From the UHGV virus genome UHGV-0119633: DNA of 28,006 nt; one strand, written 5' to 3'. The DNA is from a virus. The notes beneath the pieces were generated by a model. That model worked only from the letters and a program-made list of their open reading frames with translations. It was not told the origin of the DNA and made no database searches. Position numbers and translations under genes: made by a program. The stretch's first letter is position 1. Each line of letters opens with the position of its first letter. Positions 7,273 to 15,180 of the stretch are shown here, one piece after another.

Positions 7273-7764
7273 TTAATCGCACCACAACACAATCTGTCCA
7301 AGTTCTCTAGTTCTCTTTACATCTATAACTCTTTGATTTGAGCTTCCTCTCCATTTCAACTGTACATCTCTGAGTTTCTCGACATACGGTCCGTCTACCA
7401 AAACATCAATGTACTCCATAACCGGTAGATCTTTAACCGCTTCATATGTATATCCGGTGTAAAGCCAGATCGTTTTGTTTGGGAAAGATGCTTTTACTAT
7501 TTCGCATAGTGTCAAAATATCCCATCGGTTTCCTTCAAACAACGGATCTCCACCCGATAAAGTCAAACCGGAAATATAATCTTCATCGAGTAGATCTTCG
7601 AGTTCCTCCCAAGCATTTCCATCAAACAACAATCCATCATCAGGGTTCCAAGTAACAGGATTCTGACATCCAGGGCATTCATGATCGCAGCCGGCAACCC
7701 ATAGGACTACACGAAGACCGTCTCCGTTTTTCATATCGTCTTTCGTAATATCATGGTATCTCAT
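7273..7764 (-). CDS. nrdG: anaerobic ribonucleotide reductase activating protein (radical SAM)
   Basis: GCDHECPGC (CxxxCxxC) radical-SAM cluster plus SLSGGDP, IWLYTGY, VLVDGPYV, WRGSSNQ motifs typical of NrdG; RBS GGAGGTGA. Confidence 0.9.
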   Translation of the reverse strand: MRYHDITKDDMKNGDGLRVVLWVAGCDHECPGCQNPVTWNPDDGLLFDGNAWEELEDLLDEDYISGLTLSGGDPLFEGNRWDILTLCEIVKASFPNKTIWLYTGYTYEAVKDLPVMEYIDVLVDGPYVEKLRDVQLKWRGSSNQRVIDVKRTRELGQIVLWCD

Positions 7765-7799
7765 TTACTATCACCTCCATCATTCAGTTTCACATTTGT

Positions 7800-8039
7800 T
7801 TATATATTCCATTCGTCAAGATCATCCTCGTTATTATCAATAGCTTTCTTTGCCTCAGCAGTTGATGCCTTGATATGACGATAAATAACTTTGCTAATAA
7901 CCGCAACGACTAAAACTGGCCATATAGCTATGAGAATCAATGATTTAGGCTCTTCTGGATCTTTCTTAGCGACCTCATCAATAAGAGAACCCATACAAAA
8001 ATATAACAATGCAGCACAAAACCATTCAAAACCTGTCAT
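7800..8039 (-). CDS. small 2-TM membrane protein (79 aa)
   Basis: ORF track; RBS AAAGGAGA; two hydrophobic segments. Confidence 0.55.
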   Translation of the reverse strand: MTGFEWFCAALLYFCMGSLIDEVAKKDPEEPKSLILIAIWPVLVVAVISKVIYRHIKASTAEAKKAIDNNEDDLDEWNI

Positions 8040-8052
8040 AATATCTCCTTTC

Positions 8053-8376
8053 TTAATCTACACATTTAACTTCGATGCCTGTCTCTTCTTCAAGTTCGCG
8101 GAAATAATCTTCCATTGTTTTACTTCCGTCTTCGATAGCGCCCATAAGCTCGTCAACGTACTCTAATGTCTTAGCGATACGCTTACTTCCGAATTTATGA
8201 ATCCTATGTTCAGCCAGTGCGAAACAAGACATCAGGGCCTCCGTACTAAATGTGGAAGCCCTATCTGAAATATCTTTCTTGATCTTAGCAAGTTCATACT
8301 TGTCGATCACGACCTGATTTTTCTTGTTCTCAATCCTTTCTAATCGTTCGCGCATTCTCCTTTCAGCACGTCCCAT
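8053..8376 (-). CDS. hypothetical protein (107 aa)
   Basis: ORF track; RBS AAAGGAGGA. Confidence 0.6.
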   Translation of the reverse strand: MGRAERRMRERLERIENKKNQVVIDKYELAKIKKDISDRASTFSTEALMSCFALAEHRIHKFGSKRIAKTLEYVDELMGAIEDGSKTMEDYFRELEEETGIEVKCVD

Positions 8377-8380
8377 ACTT

Positions 8381-8650
8381 TTAATCCTCCTTTAAAAACG
8401 TATCTTCAAACTCCAAATCAGGCATAAAATTAGCGCATATACTATCGTAGCGATAATCATAAAACTCGATCTCACTAACGAATATGAATATGCGCCCATC
8501 TTTTAAATAAATTATTCGTTCGGATACGTGTAACTCAGCAATGTCTTGTGCAATGTCACTCTTAGTCATAAACCGTTCAAATATATTTTGTGCCATCCGG
8601 TTGGTTCTTGATATTATTATGTATAAATTAGTATTTGGTTTTTCTGACAT
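8381..8650 (-). CDS. hypothetical protein (89 aa)
   Basis: ORF track; weak RBS AAAGGA. Confidence 0.5.
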   Translation of the reverse strand: MSEKPNTNLYIIISRTNRMAQNIFERFMTKSDIAQDIAELHVSERIIYLKDGRIFIFVSEIEFYDYRYDSICANFMPDLEFEDTFLKED

Positions 8651-8813
8651 TATTTGATCCTTTCAATGCGTAGGGAGTACGATCAAACCATTTTCTAGCT
8701 TTCGAATAGTTTTCCTTTTCTCGCCCTAAACTTTCACATCTAGAATATTCAGCGTGTTTATTGAAACCTATCACTTTCTTAGAATGGCTTTTGTCCACAT
8801 CCACATATCTCAT
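8628..8813 (-). CDS. small basic protein (61 aa)
   Basis: ORF track; RBS AAGGAGAAAAAG; ATG overlaps upstream stop (ATGA). Confidence 0.5.
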   Translation of the reverse strand: MRYVDVDKSHSKKVIGFNKHAEYSRCESLGREKENYSKARKWFDRTPYALKGSNNVRKTKY

Positions 8814-8968
8814 TTCTTTTTCTCCTTGTAATATACAGGTTTATGAGAGTTAAGATTTGTCGGTTCATCGAGACAATCAAAACACGGATCTTCCCATTCT
8901 TCTTTATCCTCATGTCGGCACGATTTACAATACTCAAAATAAACCTCTTTTTCATCATTTGGCCGCAT
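8810..8968 (-). CDS. small Cys-rich zinc-ribbon-like protein (52 aa, MRPNDEKEVYFEYCKSCRHEDKEEWEDPCFDCLDEP...)
   Basis: Hand-translated; RBS GAAAGGAGGAAACCGAG-ATG; CxxC...CxxC. Confidence 0.45.
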   Translation of the reverse strand: MRPNDEKEVYFEYCKSCRHEDKEEWEDPCFDCLDEPTNLNSHKPVYYKEKKK

Positions 8969-9000
8969 CTCGGTTTCCTCCTTTCTAAAAAAGAGAAGCC

Positions 9001-9162
9001 CTAATTGGACTCCTTTTGAGTTACTTCATTCTTTTCGGTGCTATTCTTTTCTTCGTTTTTGTTACGTTTCCCGCTCGCCATATTCAACGCAAATATAACA
9101 GTGGAAACAATACCTGCAATGTAGCTCAGTACGATAATCGCTAAAATCTCTGTGAATGCCAT
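9001..9162 (-). CDS. small membrane peptide (53 aa, MAFTEILAIIVLSYIAGIVSTVIFALNMASGKRNKNEEK...)
   Basis: Hand-translated; RBS GGAGGATTAAATT-ATG; one TM segment plus charged tail. Confidence 0.45.
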   Translation of the reverse strand: MAFTEILAIIVLSYIAGIVSTVIFALNMASGKRNKNEEKNSTEKNEVTQKESN

Positions 9163-9165
9163 AAT

Positions 9166-9846
9166 TTAATCCTCCTTTTTAGATCCGGTGATAAGTTCTG
9201 AATATGGAAGAGTTTCGATCCATCTACAGAATTCTCTCCACTCATCGAGCTTGTGGTTTTTTCTCTGGTGATACATGGCTGCCAGGACTTCATAATTGAG
9301 CATAACAGTACGTTTCTGGTTATAGCTGCTCGGAAGAAGCTGAATCATCTGCCACCAACAGCCTTTGTCTTTAGATTTTAAATAAGATTCACGGCACCAG
9401 TTTAACTGCTCTATTGTGGTATTAAGAACGGATAATGATGCTTTGCATAAATGTTCACAACTAAAATCCTCCAGCGTAAATTCCTTCGCATGAATCTTGT
9501 GCATAGTTGAGCAAGAGTTAGCAACAGTACCGATTTTATAAGTATCGAACTCCTTCCACCAATACAAAGGCGCTGTAATATCCACATACACAGTAATCAT
9601 CCGCATAAATTTACGATGCTCTGTACCAGCGTTCCGAAGTCTTTTCATAAGGTCGAGGTCGTTTGGCCCGATTATAAAACGGCATGTATTACCGCACCAA
9701 TCCGGTTTGAAACCACACGATTTACAAAGACCAGTATCGCATCCGTTACTACTATCACTCTTCTCCCAACTATTCATCGGATTCCGCATACCTCTAATGG
9801 CAGCTTCCCATCCCATAACTTCTACATTCTCAATTTTAATACTCAT
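9166..9846 (-). CDS. ThyX-like (flavin-dependent thymidylate synthase fold) protein, divergent, with Cys-rich insert
   Basis: By-eye alignment to ThyX: VEVMGWEAAIRGMR / TEHRKFMRMITVYVDITAPLYWW / TVMLNYEVLAAMYHQR resemble ThyX core blocks, but canonical RHR motif appears replaced (DTYK) and a CDTGLCKSCG...CGNTC insert is present; RBS AGGAGGA. Confidence 0.4.
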   Translation of the reverse strand: MSIKIENVEVMGWEAAIRGMRNPMNSWEKSDSSNGCDTGLCKSCGFKPDWCGNTCRFIIGPNDLDLMKRLRNAGTEHRKFMRMITVYVDITAPLYWWKEFDTYKIGTVANSCSTMHKIHAKEFTLEDFSCEHLCKASLSVLNTTIEQLNWCRESYLKSKDKGCWWQMIQLLPSSYNQKRTVMLNYEVLAAMYHQRKNHKLDEWREFCRWIETLPYSELITGSKKED

Positions 9847-9858
9847 AATTTAATCCTC

Positions 9859-10602
9859 CTATTCAAGCCAATTGTTATCTAAATAATAAAATCCAATTAC
9901 ACAAGCGATAATTAACACAATCCATACTACCCAAAAGAATATAAGCCACCCGTTTCCGTATTTTAATGTCTCGTACGTTTCATCAATGCTCATATTGTTA
10001 TAGAAATTAGTGTTATCAGGTATGGTTCCGTCTTTTAACCTGGCAAATATAGTTCCTTTGAATTTGGTTGGTGTACCATAATACTTATATCGAACGTCAC
10101 TAGATTCCTTAAGGGTATCGATATAATCCGGTGATGGAATATTGATTTTACTAGACGGAAAAGTAACACCACAAAATATCAATTCTTTGCAGGTCTTATC
10201 CTCGCTTCCAACCCTATCCCATGTCCAGTAGTACTCTGTTCTTGTATGTGTGGTTCTATTTTTGCCAGAACCGGTAGTATAAGTGACAATTCGAGTATGC
10301 ATTGTATATCGCTCTTTCACTTTTTCGACATACATATATTTTCCGTCTATTTCCGGATAAGTAACCGTGTCAACAGCTTTTAGATTTCCATTCACAAAAG
10401 CGTTTCCGACATTGGTCCTCATACCATACTCGAATATATCGGACTCTTTGATTTTTACTGCTTTGTTGTAGATCTCATTCTTATCCATTTGGTGCTCCGA
10501 AATCTTACTAGAAATCAGAACACCAATAAGTAATAGAATGGCTATAATAGAAATACTGGCTAACACTTCCCTTTTAGTTATTTCAATATCATAGTCTCCC
10601 AT
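9859..10602 (-). CDS. membrane protein with N- and C-terminal TM helices (247 aa), LemA-associated
   Basis: ORF track; RBS AAGGAGTAA; hydrophobic VLASISIIAILLLIGVLISS and GWLIFFWVVWIVLIIACVIGFYYL. Confidence 0.6.
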   Translation of the reverse strand: MGDYDIEITKREVLASISIIAILLLIGVLISSKISEHQMDKNEIYNKAVKIKESDIFEYGMRTNVGNAFVNGNLKAVDTVTYPEIDGKYMYVEKVKERYTMHTRIVTYTTGSGKNRTTHTRTEYYWTWDRVGSEDKTCKELIFCGVTFPSSKINIPSPDYIDTLKESSDVRYKYYGTPTKFKGTIFARLKDGTIPDNTNFYNNMSIDETYETLKYGNGWLIFFWVVWIVLIIACVIGFYYLDNNWLE

Positions 10603-10607
10603 ATTAT

Positions 10608-11162
10608 TTACTCCTTGAATAAATCCTGCGGTGCGTCAACTGGAGCATCATAATCCAAATATGTATAATCTTGTGTCTCGTATCCTAATAAACTTAAAAA
10701 TGTTCTTGTCGGGAATTTACGTACATAGCGATTGTATTCTTTTATCTGCTTATTATAGTTACTACGATATTCCGCGATAAGATTCTCTGTAATAGATAAT
10801 TCATTCATTAGTTCTTTATAGTTTGAATCTGACTTCAACTCAGGATATGCTTCAGATACTGCGGTAATAGCTGTCGTCACATTCTCAATGTCTCCTGTTT
10901 TACCTCGGCCTTCCACAATTGACTTAAGAGTCTCTGCTTCGTGTTTATCGTACTGCTTCACACAATCTGCCAGATTCATAACGAGATCTACTCTTCGTTT
11001 TTCCTGAACCTTGATATCAGAATCAGCACTGTTTACTTGTTCTTCTAGAGCAATTGCTTTGTTCTGAGAACTCTGGACTACAAATACACCTAATAAAATA
11101 ACTGCCAGAATACCAGCAGCTACGATTAACATTACCTTCCAATTTTTATTATTTCCTTTCAT
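10608..11162 (-). CDS. lemA: LemA-family protein
   Basis: N-terminal TM then VQEKRRVDLVMNLADCVKQYDKHEAETL...VSEAYPELKSDSNYKELMNELSITENLIAEYRSNYNKQIKEYNRYVRKFP matches LemA family; start moved to ATG 11160-11162 (MKGNNKNW) with AAGGAGA RBS. Confidence 0.75.
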   Translation of the reverse strand: MKGNNKNWKVMLIVAAGILAVILLGVFVVQSSQNKAIALEEQVNSADSDIKVQEKRRVDLVMNLADCVKQYDKHEAETLKSIVEGRGKTGDIENVTTAITAVSEAYPELKSDSNYKELMNELSITENLIAEYRSNYNKQIKEYNRYVRKFPTRTFLSLLGYETQDYTYLDYDAPVDAPQDLFKE

Positions 11163-11338
11163 TTTTTGATCTCCTTTTCTAAATATTTTTTGATTTCTTC
11201 GCAACGTTCTGCATGTTTACAAGTAATGTCTGTATTAGTGCAATATCTACCCATATCGCATTCCAATTCAGCTTTACTAACATACGGATCGAAGTCAGGA
11301 CAATTATGACAATAATCCTCCACGAATAATTTGATCAT
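11159..11338 (-). CDS. small Cys-rich protein (59 aa, MIKLFVEDYCHNCPDF...CTNTDITCKHAERC)
   Basis: Hand-translated; RBS AAAGGAGGAA 6 nt upstream; stop overlaps lemA start (ATGA). Confidence 0.45.
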   Translation of the reverse strand: MIKLFVEDYCHNCPDFDPYVSKAELECDMGRYCTNTDITCKHAERCEEIKKYLEKEIKK

Positions 11339-11407
11339 GTAATTCCTCCTTTCTTTAGTTTACTTATACAAAAAGAAAAAGAGCCCCACAATTGAGACTT
11401 TAATTCT

Positions 11408-11533
11408 CTAAAATATAAGTTCCAAAATTACATTGATGATGCTCACACTGGTCCAAGCAATTGCTCCACCCGCATATAATGCTAATGCAAGTTTTCCTGC
11501 CTCAACCAAGTCTTTCTTAATATTTCTCAACAT
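11408..11533 (-). CDS. hydrophobic peptide (41 aa, MLRNIKKDLVEAGKLALALYAGGAIAWTSVSIINVILELIF)
   Basis: Hand-translated; RBS GGAGGATAAAAGT-ATG; promoter-like motif G 20 nt upstream. Confidence 0.4.
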   Translation of the reverse strand: MLRNIKKDLVEAGKLALALYAGGAIAWTSVSIINVILELIF

Positions 11534-11553
11534 ACTTTTATCCTCCTTAATAT

Positions 11554-11586
11554 CTTTCTATAAAGAAGAATGTTTACTTCGCGAAT
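11554..11586 (-). promoter_or_regulatory. conserved intergenic motif, copy G
   Basis: Minus-strand TTCGCGAAGTAAACATTCTTCTTTATAGAAAG; 20 nt upstream of RBS of 41-aa peptide ORF. Confidence 0.3.
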
Positions 11587-11712
11587 ACGGTCTTCTATAG
11601 AAACGTTCTTTCACTTTTTCTTCATGATCTTCATTTGCAAATTTGCTATATCGTATCGATTTGTTTTTAGATATATCTTCTCTCATGAAACGCTTATCTT
11701 TATATTCTTTTG

Positions 11713-11982
11713 TCACTGTTGACTATCCCCTTTCATCGCCGAACATATACGGCAATCATTGTTAGCTGCTCCGAAACAACCCTCACATTTATCGGTGTTT
11801 GTGCAGTCGAGTAATCCTAAGAAAATATAAAGTTTCTTCATACAATCATTGCATAGATCAAGTTCGTCTATTACACTGCGGTTTTCTCTCAATATAGCCA
11901 CCTTTGATGGAACTTCTCCATTTTTTATACTCACATTCTTGTCGTAATAGTTTCCGCATCTATCACATTTCTTAGCTTTCAT
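11713..11982 (-). CDS. Cys-rich zinc-ribbon-like protein (89 aa)
   Basis: ORF track; RBS GGAGGTTTAA; CDRCG...CNDC...CEGC...CRIC. Confidence 0.55.
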   Translation of the reverse strand: MKAKKCDRCGNYYDKNVSIKNGEVPSKVAILRENRSVIDELDLCNDCMKKLYIFLGLLDCTNTDKCEGCFGAANNDCRICSAMKGDSQQ

Positions 11983-12010
11983 TTAAACCTCCATTTCACT
12001 ATAAATAATG

Positions 12011-12050
12011 AAAAACGAAAAGAGTAGCACCCGATTATTGAGTGCCACCC
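12011..12050 (-). terminator. rho-independent terminator
   Basis: Minus RNA GGUGGCACUC-AAUAAUC-GGGUGCUACU (10 bp with G-U pairs) then CUUUUCGUUUUUC; overlaps stop codon of 12035-12310. Confidence 0.55.
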
Positions 12051-12310
12051 TTGTCAATAAAGTACCTGTTAAATATAAATTTACGATACTTGGCTAATAC
12101 TTCATAAGCTTCATAATCTGTAGAATATCCATGCAGTATCCTGTCTGAGAAATTCTCAATAACAACTTTGAATGTCAAATCTTCGCTTTTTCTAACGATT
12201 AAGATCTCCAATTTATCATCATTAGTACTTCTCACAAATACACCAGCATGAACTTTTTCCTTCAGTTTTTCATGTAAAGCTTTGCTGAAAATATAACCAT
12301 AATCTGTCAT
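12035..12310 (-). CDS. hypothetical protein (91 aa)
   Basis: ORF track; RBS AAAGGAGAA; stop sits in terminator hairpin. Confidence 0.6.
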   Translation of the reverse strand: MTDYGYIFSKALHEKLKEKVHAGVFVRSTNDDKLEILIVRKSEDLTFKVVIENFSDRILHGYSTDYEAYEVLAKYRKFIFNRYFIDKGGTQ

Positions 12311-12334
12311 AAATTTGTTCTCCTTTTTACTGTA

Positions 12335-12366
12335 TTTTCTATAAAGGAGTTTGTTTTATCCGCGAA
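12335..12366 (-). promoter_or_regulatory. conserved intergenic motif, copy H
   Basis: Minus-strand TTCGCGGATAAAACAAACTCCTTTATAGAAAA; ~25 nt upstream of start of 12035-12310. Confidence 0.35.
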
Positions 12367-12393
12367 TATAACGCGAGCCGTGGAGAATGTTTC

Positions 12394-12561
12394 TTACGCG
12401 TACCATCTACTAACAGATTCATACACATCTACAAGTTCCTCGTAACCTAGTAGTCTAAGAAAATCACAAAGAATATCATCGGCATTCTCATGATCTTCTT
12501 CCGGATTCCCGGTAAAACAGTTGCATTTAATTCGCTCAATTACTTCTGCTTCGTCAATCAC
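12394..12561 (-). CDS. hypothetical small protein (55 aa), GTG start
   Basis: Hand-translated; GGAGGA 7 nt upstream of GTG 12559-12561; no in-frame ATG. Confidence 0.3.
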   Translation of the reverse strand: MIDEAEVIERIKCNCFTGNPEEDHENADDILCDFLRLLGYEELVDVYESVSRWYA

Positions 12562-12576
12562 AGTAAGTCCTCCTTT

Positions 12577-12720
12577 CTATTCATCCAATTCAAAATCGTC
12601 ACATGCAGACTGATCAGGTGATACGTCAGTATAAGATCTACGGCAATAATGTTCGCCAGTAGCCATATTGTATCGACAGTGCTTGCAATCTAAGCATTCA
12701 TAGTATTTTTCATCATTCAT
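12577..12720 (-). CDS. small Cys-rich protein (47 aa, MNDEKYYECLDCKHCRYNM...)
   Basis: Hand-translated; ATG overlaps stop of 12717-13361 gene (ATGA), GAGG 8 nt upstream. Confidence 0.4.
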   Translation of the reverse strand: MNDEKYYECLDCKHCRYNMATGEHYCRRSYTDVSPDQSACDDFELDE

Positions 12721-13361
12721 AACTCAACCTCAATAATTCTTTCTGGTTCAATGTCACTATCATCATCGATAAACACAGGCATAATCATACAAATACCAAT
12801 ACTTGTCTGAATAGTAATTGGTCTGCGTTTACCGTCAGGATGATAAACCATAGCTTCTTTACCGTCATCGATAATTCCATAAGTCGCTTCCAACAATCCA
12901 ATTTTGTAATAAGTACCGTCATAAAGCATTAGGTACTCAAACCCAGCTCCAACTTCTTTCTTAGTAAGTTTATAACCTCGACTCCTAGCCTCTGCAAATA
13001 TCTTACTGAAATCTACTTTCCGTTTAATCCCCTCGAAACTAATCAATCTAGTAACGTCAGGGTATTTCAAATTCTCCTTATCAAACAATTCGATTTCACC
13101 AATATCTTCGGTAGTTAATACCAAAGACCAAGAGTTAGTGAAAGAAATATAAGGTTTTCCTTCAAACTCAATTTCACAAGGCTTCTGGCAGCATTCTCTG
13201 GCATTGTTAGTATATGAGAAATACTTTTTCATAGCTGTGTAACGTTTCTTAGCATTCGGTTTAGACTTTAATGAATCTGCATAAATCTCGTCTTGTAATT
13301 TAGTCTTTAATTCATCAATCTTACCTTCATTAAGCATTTCCAATACTTTTACGCTTCTCAT
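12717..13361 (-). CDS. hypothetical protein (214 aa)
   Basis: ORF track; first ATG at 13359-13361 (track start at 13370 is a GTG). Confidence 0.6.
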   Translation of the reverse strand: MRSVKVLEMLNEGKIDELKTKLQDEIYADSLKSKPNAKKRYTAMKKYFSYTNNARECCQKPCEIEFEGKPYISFTNSWSLVLTTEDIGEIELFDKENLKYPDVTRLISFEGIKRKVDFSKIFAEARSRGYKLTKKEVGAGFEYLMLYDGTYYKIGLLEATYGIIDDGKEAMVYHPDGKRRPITIQTSIGICMIMPVFIDDDSDIEPERIIEVEL

Positions 13362-13413
13362 GGAAGTCACGTCCTTTAGTTATTTTGTCTCGGTCGTGCT
13401 AATAACTTATCGT

Positions 13414-13632
13414 TTATTGTTCTTTTCCTAATAAAATACGCAATTCGCTAATTATCTGATCGCTCGTAACATCTCGATATGACCATGTACCAACCTCTTC
13501 TGGTAAAAATATAGTGGCCATAGTTGGACTTTTAATAACGCCAAATAAGACGAGGATTTTATGGAGTTTACTGTTCATGCAGTTCTTTCTCCATAGATTC
13601 CATCGCCTTATATGCTTTATCAATTTATTCAT
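13414..13632 (-). CDS. hypothetical protein (72 aa)
   Basis: Start moved to internal ATG 13630-13632 (MNKLIK) with AGGAGGTGA RBS; avoids 61-nt overlap with upstream gene. Confidence 0.5.
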   Translation of the reverse strand: MNKLIKHIRRWNLWRKNCMNSKLHKILVLFGVIKSPTMATIFLPEEVGTWSYRDVTSDQIISELRILLGKEQ

Positions 13633-13646
13633 TAATCTCACCTCCT

Positions 13647-13907
13647 TTATTTCGGAACCACAATCTTGTGTTTGCCTAACGAGTTCCTTAACACTTTCAA
13701 TCCACAACTTTTAATTTGATCGAGTCCTTTGTTATACTCGACCAACTGAGCAGGATTTCCTCTCATATAAATAGCCCACATATCATCCAGGTTCTTCTCA
13801 AATTCCTGACGTCGAAACATGATTTCCATCATAAGGGTATCCTTATATTCAGATGTGTTTTTATAAGCATCAAATACACCTCCAAAAATATCCTCAAACT
13901 GTCCCAT
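13647..13907 (-). CDS. hypothetical protein (86 aa)
   Basis: ORF track; RBS AAGGAGGA 7 nt upstream. Confidence 0.6.
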   Translation of the reverse strand: MGQFEDIFGGVFDAYKNTSEYKDTLMMEIMFRRQEFEKNLDDMWAIYMRGNPAQLVEYNKGLDQIKSCGLKVLRNSLGKHKIVVPK

Positions 13908-13920
13908 TCACAGATCCTCC

Positions 13921-14121
13921 TTACACTCCATTAACAATCATCGTATTAGGTCGTAAATACAAATCCCCATCCTCGGTTTCATCGAAGACAGGTTCACAAC
14001 CGTTTTCAAAATGTGCTAGATTCAAATGTGATGGTAATACCCAGTTACCGTTTTTCTCGTATACGATAACTCTGCCAGTCATACCGTCATAAATAACATT
14101 GGTGTGATCTTTGTCACTCAT
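13921..14121 (-). CDS. hypothetical protein (66 aa)
   Basis: Start moved to ATG 14119-14121 (MSDKDH) with GAGGAGAG RBS. Confidence 0.5.
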   Translation of the reverse strand: MSDKDHTNVIYDGMTGRVIVYEKNGNWVLPSHLNLAHFENGCEPVFDETEDGDLYLRPNTMIVNGV

Positions 14122-14518
14122 TTTTGCTCTCCTCACTAACGAGTTTGATTTTGTAACCGAGCTTCTTTTCGATTTCTGCTATAGTCATCTCTTGAGGCTT
14201 TTCTTTTAGAGTATTAATGACATAAGCTGCTTTTTCGCATTTGAGAGTCACACCATTTTTTCTAACAGCTACATCATCTCGCAATAAGTCAAAAGTATCA
14301 GAATCACGATTGATATAATAATCTAAAATAGCCATAGGACCTACATGAAAGTCATGTTTAATAATCGGTAAATAGTCTGTTCGAATCTCTAAATCTAATT
14401 TAGGAATAATAAGCTCATATACACCACGTTCAGTTTCGTACTCGTACACCAGTTTTAAATATAAACGATTATCCTCTTCAAACACTTTACGTTCCTTTAA
14501 AACTACATTTTTATTCAT
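14114..14518 (-). CDS. hypothetical protein (134 aa)
   Basis: ORF track; RBS AAAGGAGAAA. Confidence 0.6.
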   Translation of the reverse strand: MNKNVVLKERKVFEEDNRLYLKLVYEYETERGVYELIIPKLDLEIRTDYLPIIKHDFHVGPMAILDYYINRDSDTFDLLRDDVAVRKNGVTLKCEKAAYVINTLKEKPQEMTIAEIEKKLGYKIKLVSEESKNE

Positions 14519-14731
14519 TTATTTCTCCTTTCTAGTCAGCACCTTTTCAAATATCAATCTGCCTTTAAATTGTTGTTTTGTCATACAACTTCCGTCATCG
14601 TTATCTATTGGATTCTCTATAGTTTCTTCACACTCTTTTCGGAATGCACAATAAAGACATTCTCGAAGTCTATCTTTATCTTCATCACTAAGAGCACGGA
14701 TTGCTTTAATGACACTTATCACTTCACTCAT
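14519..14731 (-). CDS. small Cys-containing protein (70 aa)
   Basis: ORF track; RBS AGGAGGTAGAG. Confidence 0.55.
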   Translation of the reverse strand: MSEVISVIKAIRALSDEDKDRLRECLYCAFRKECEETIENPIDNDDGSCMTKQQFKGRLIFEKVLTRKEK

Positions 14732-14733
14732 CT

Positions 14734-14901
14734 CTACCTCCTATTTTTCATCATCCGTTCGAAGTCGTTAATAACTTCTTGCTGATGATTGATGATTCCG
14801 ATCAACTCATTTACTTTTTGAACCAGAATCTTATCGGTATGTCCGTATTCGTCTGATACATACCAAGGTTTATTAAGTCTGTTGATTTTCTTTTTAGGCA
14901 T
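14734..14901 (-). CDS. hypothetical small protein (55 aa, MPKKKINRLNKPWYVSDEYGH...)
   Basis: Hand-translated; RBS AAAGGAGGGTTGATATT-ATG; first gene after long structured leader. Confidence 0.45.
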   Translation of the reverse strand: MPKKKINRLNKPWYVSDEYGHTDKILVQKVNELIGIINHQQEVINDFERMMKNRR

Positions 14902-14937
14902 AATATCAACCCTCCTTTTTAAATCAGTCTCAGTTCC

Positions 14938-14982
14938 TTCAAACAGAAAACAAAAAGAGTCCTAATCATTTCTGATTAAGAC
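14938..14982 (-). terminator. terminator-like hairpin inside 5' leader (attenuator or sRNA 3' end)
   Basis: Plus GTCCTAATCA-TTTC-TGATTAAGAC (10-bp stem, 1 mismatch) with A-run 14940-14957 (U-run on minus RNA); sits between promoter-like motif I and RBS of 14734-14901. Confidence 0.5.
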
Positions 14983-15110
14983 CCTTTCCAAGAATAAGAA
15001 TAGAGTTGCGCAAATCTAATGCCTTCGCGAGGGGGCGGCTTTTACACCGAGGACAGTCGCAACATTAGATATCTCTATCCTAAGCATAACTAATCCCTAT
15101 CCATTTAATT
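14938..15110 (-). ncRNA. candidate small RNA / regulatory leader (promoter-like motif to terminator)
   Basis: Contains unusually GC-rich block CCTTCGCGAGGGGGCGGC (15019-15036) bracketed by 8-bp inverted repeat ATCTAATG (15011-15018) / CATTAGAT (15064-15071), followed by terminator hairpin; no ORF with RBS inside. Confidence 0.25.
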
Positions 15111-15115
15111 ATGCA

Positions 15116-15147
15116 GTTTCTCATAATAGGAATTGTATTTATCGCGA
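15116..15147 (-). promoter_or_regulatory. conserved intergenic motif, copy I
   Basis: Minus-strand TTCGCGATAAATACAATTCCTATTATGAGAAA; directly after terminator 15146-15176, heads a ~210-nt structured leader. Confidence 0.35.
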
Positions 15148-15176
15148 ATAAAGAAAAGCCCCGGATAGAGGGCTTA
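15146..15176 (-). terminator. rho-independent terminator
   Basis: AAGCCC-CGGAUAGA-GGGCUU hairpin then UUUCUUUAUU on minus RNA; 5 nt after stop of 15181-15537. Confidence 0.65.
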
Positions 15177-15180
15177 TCTA

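Noticed and set aside
11590-11688. 42-codon minus ORF starting at 11686
   Set aside because: No SD upstream and it overlaps promoter-like motif G; probably non-coding.
14755-14772. CCGTTCGAAGTCG resembling a tRNA T-loop
   Set aside because: No complementary T-stem or acceptor stem, and it lies inside the coding sequence of 14734-14901.
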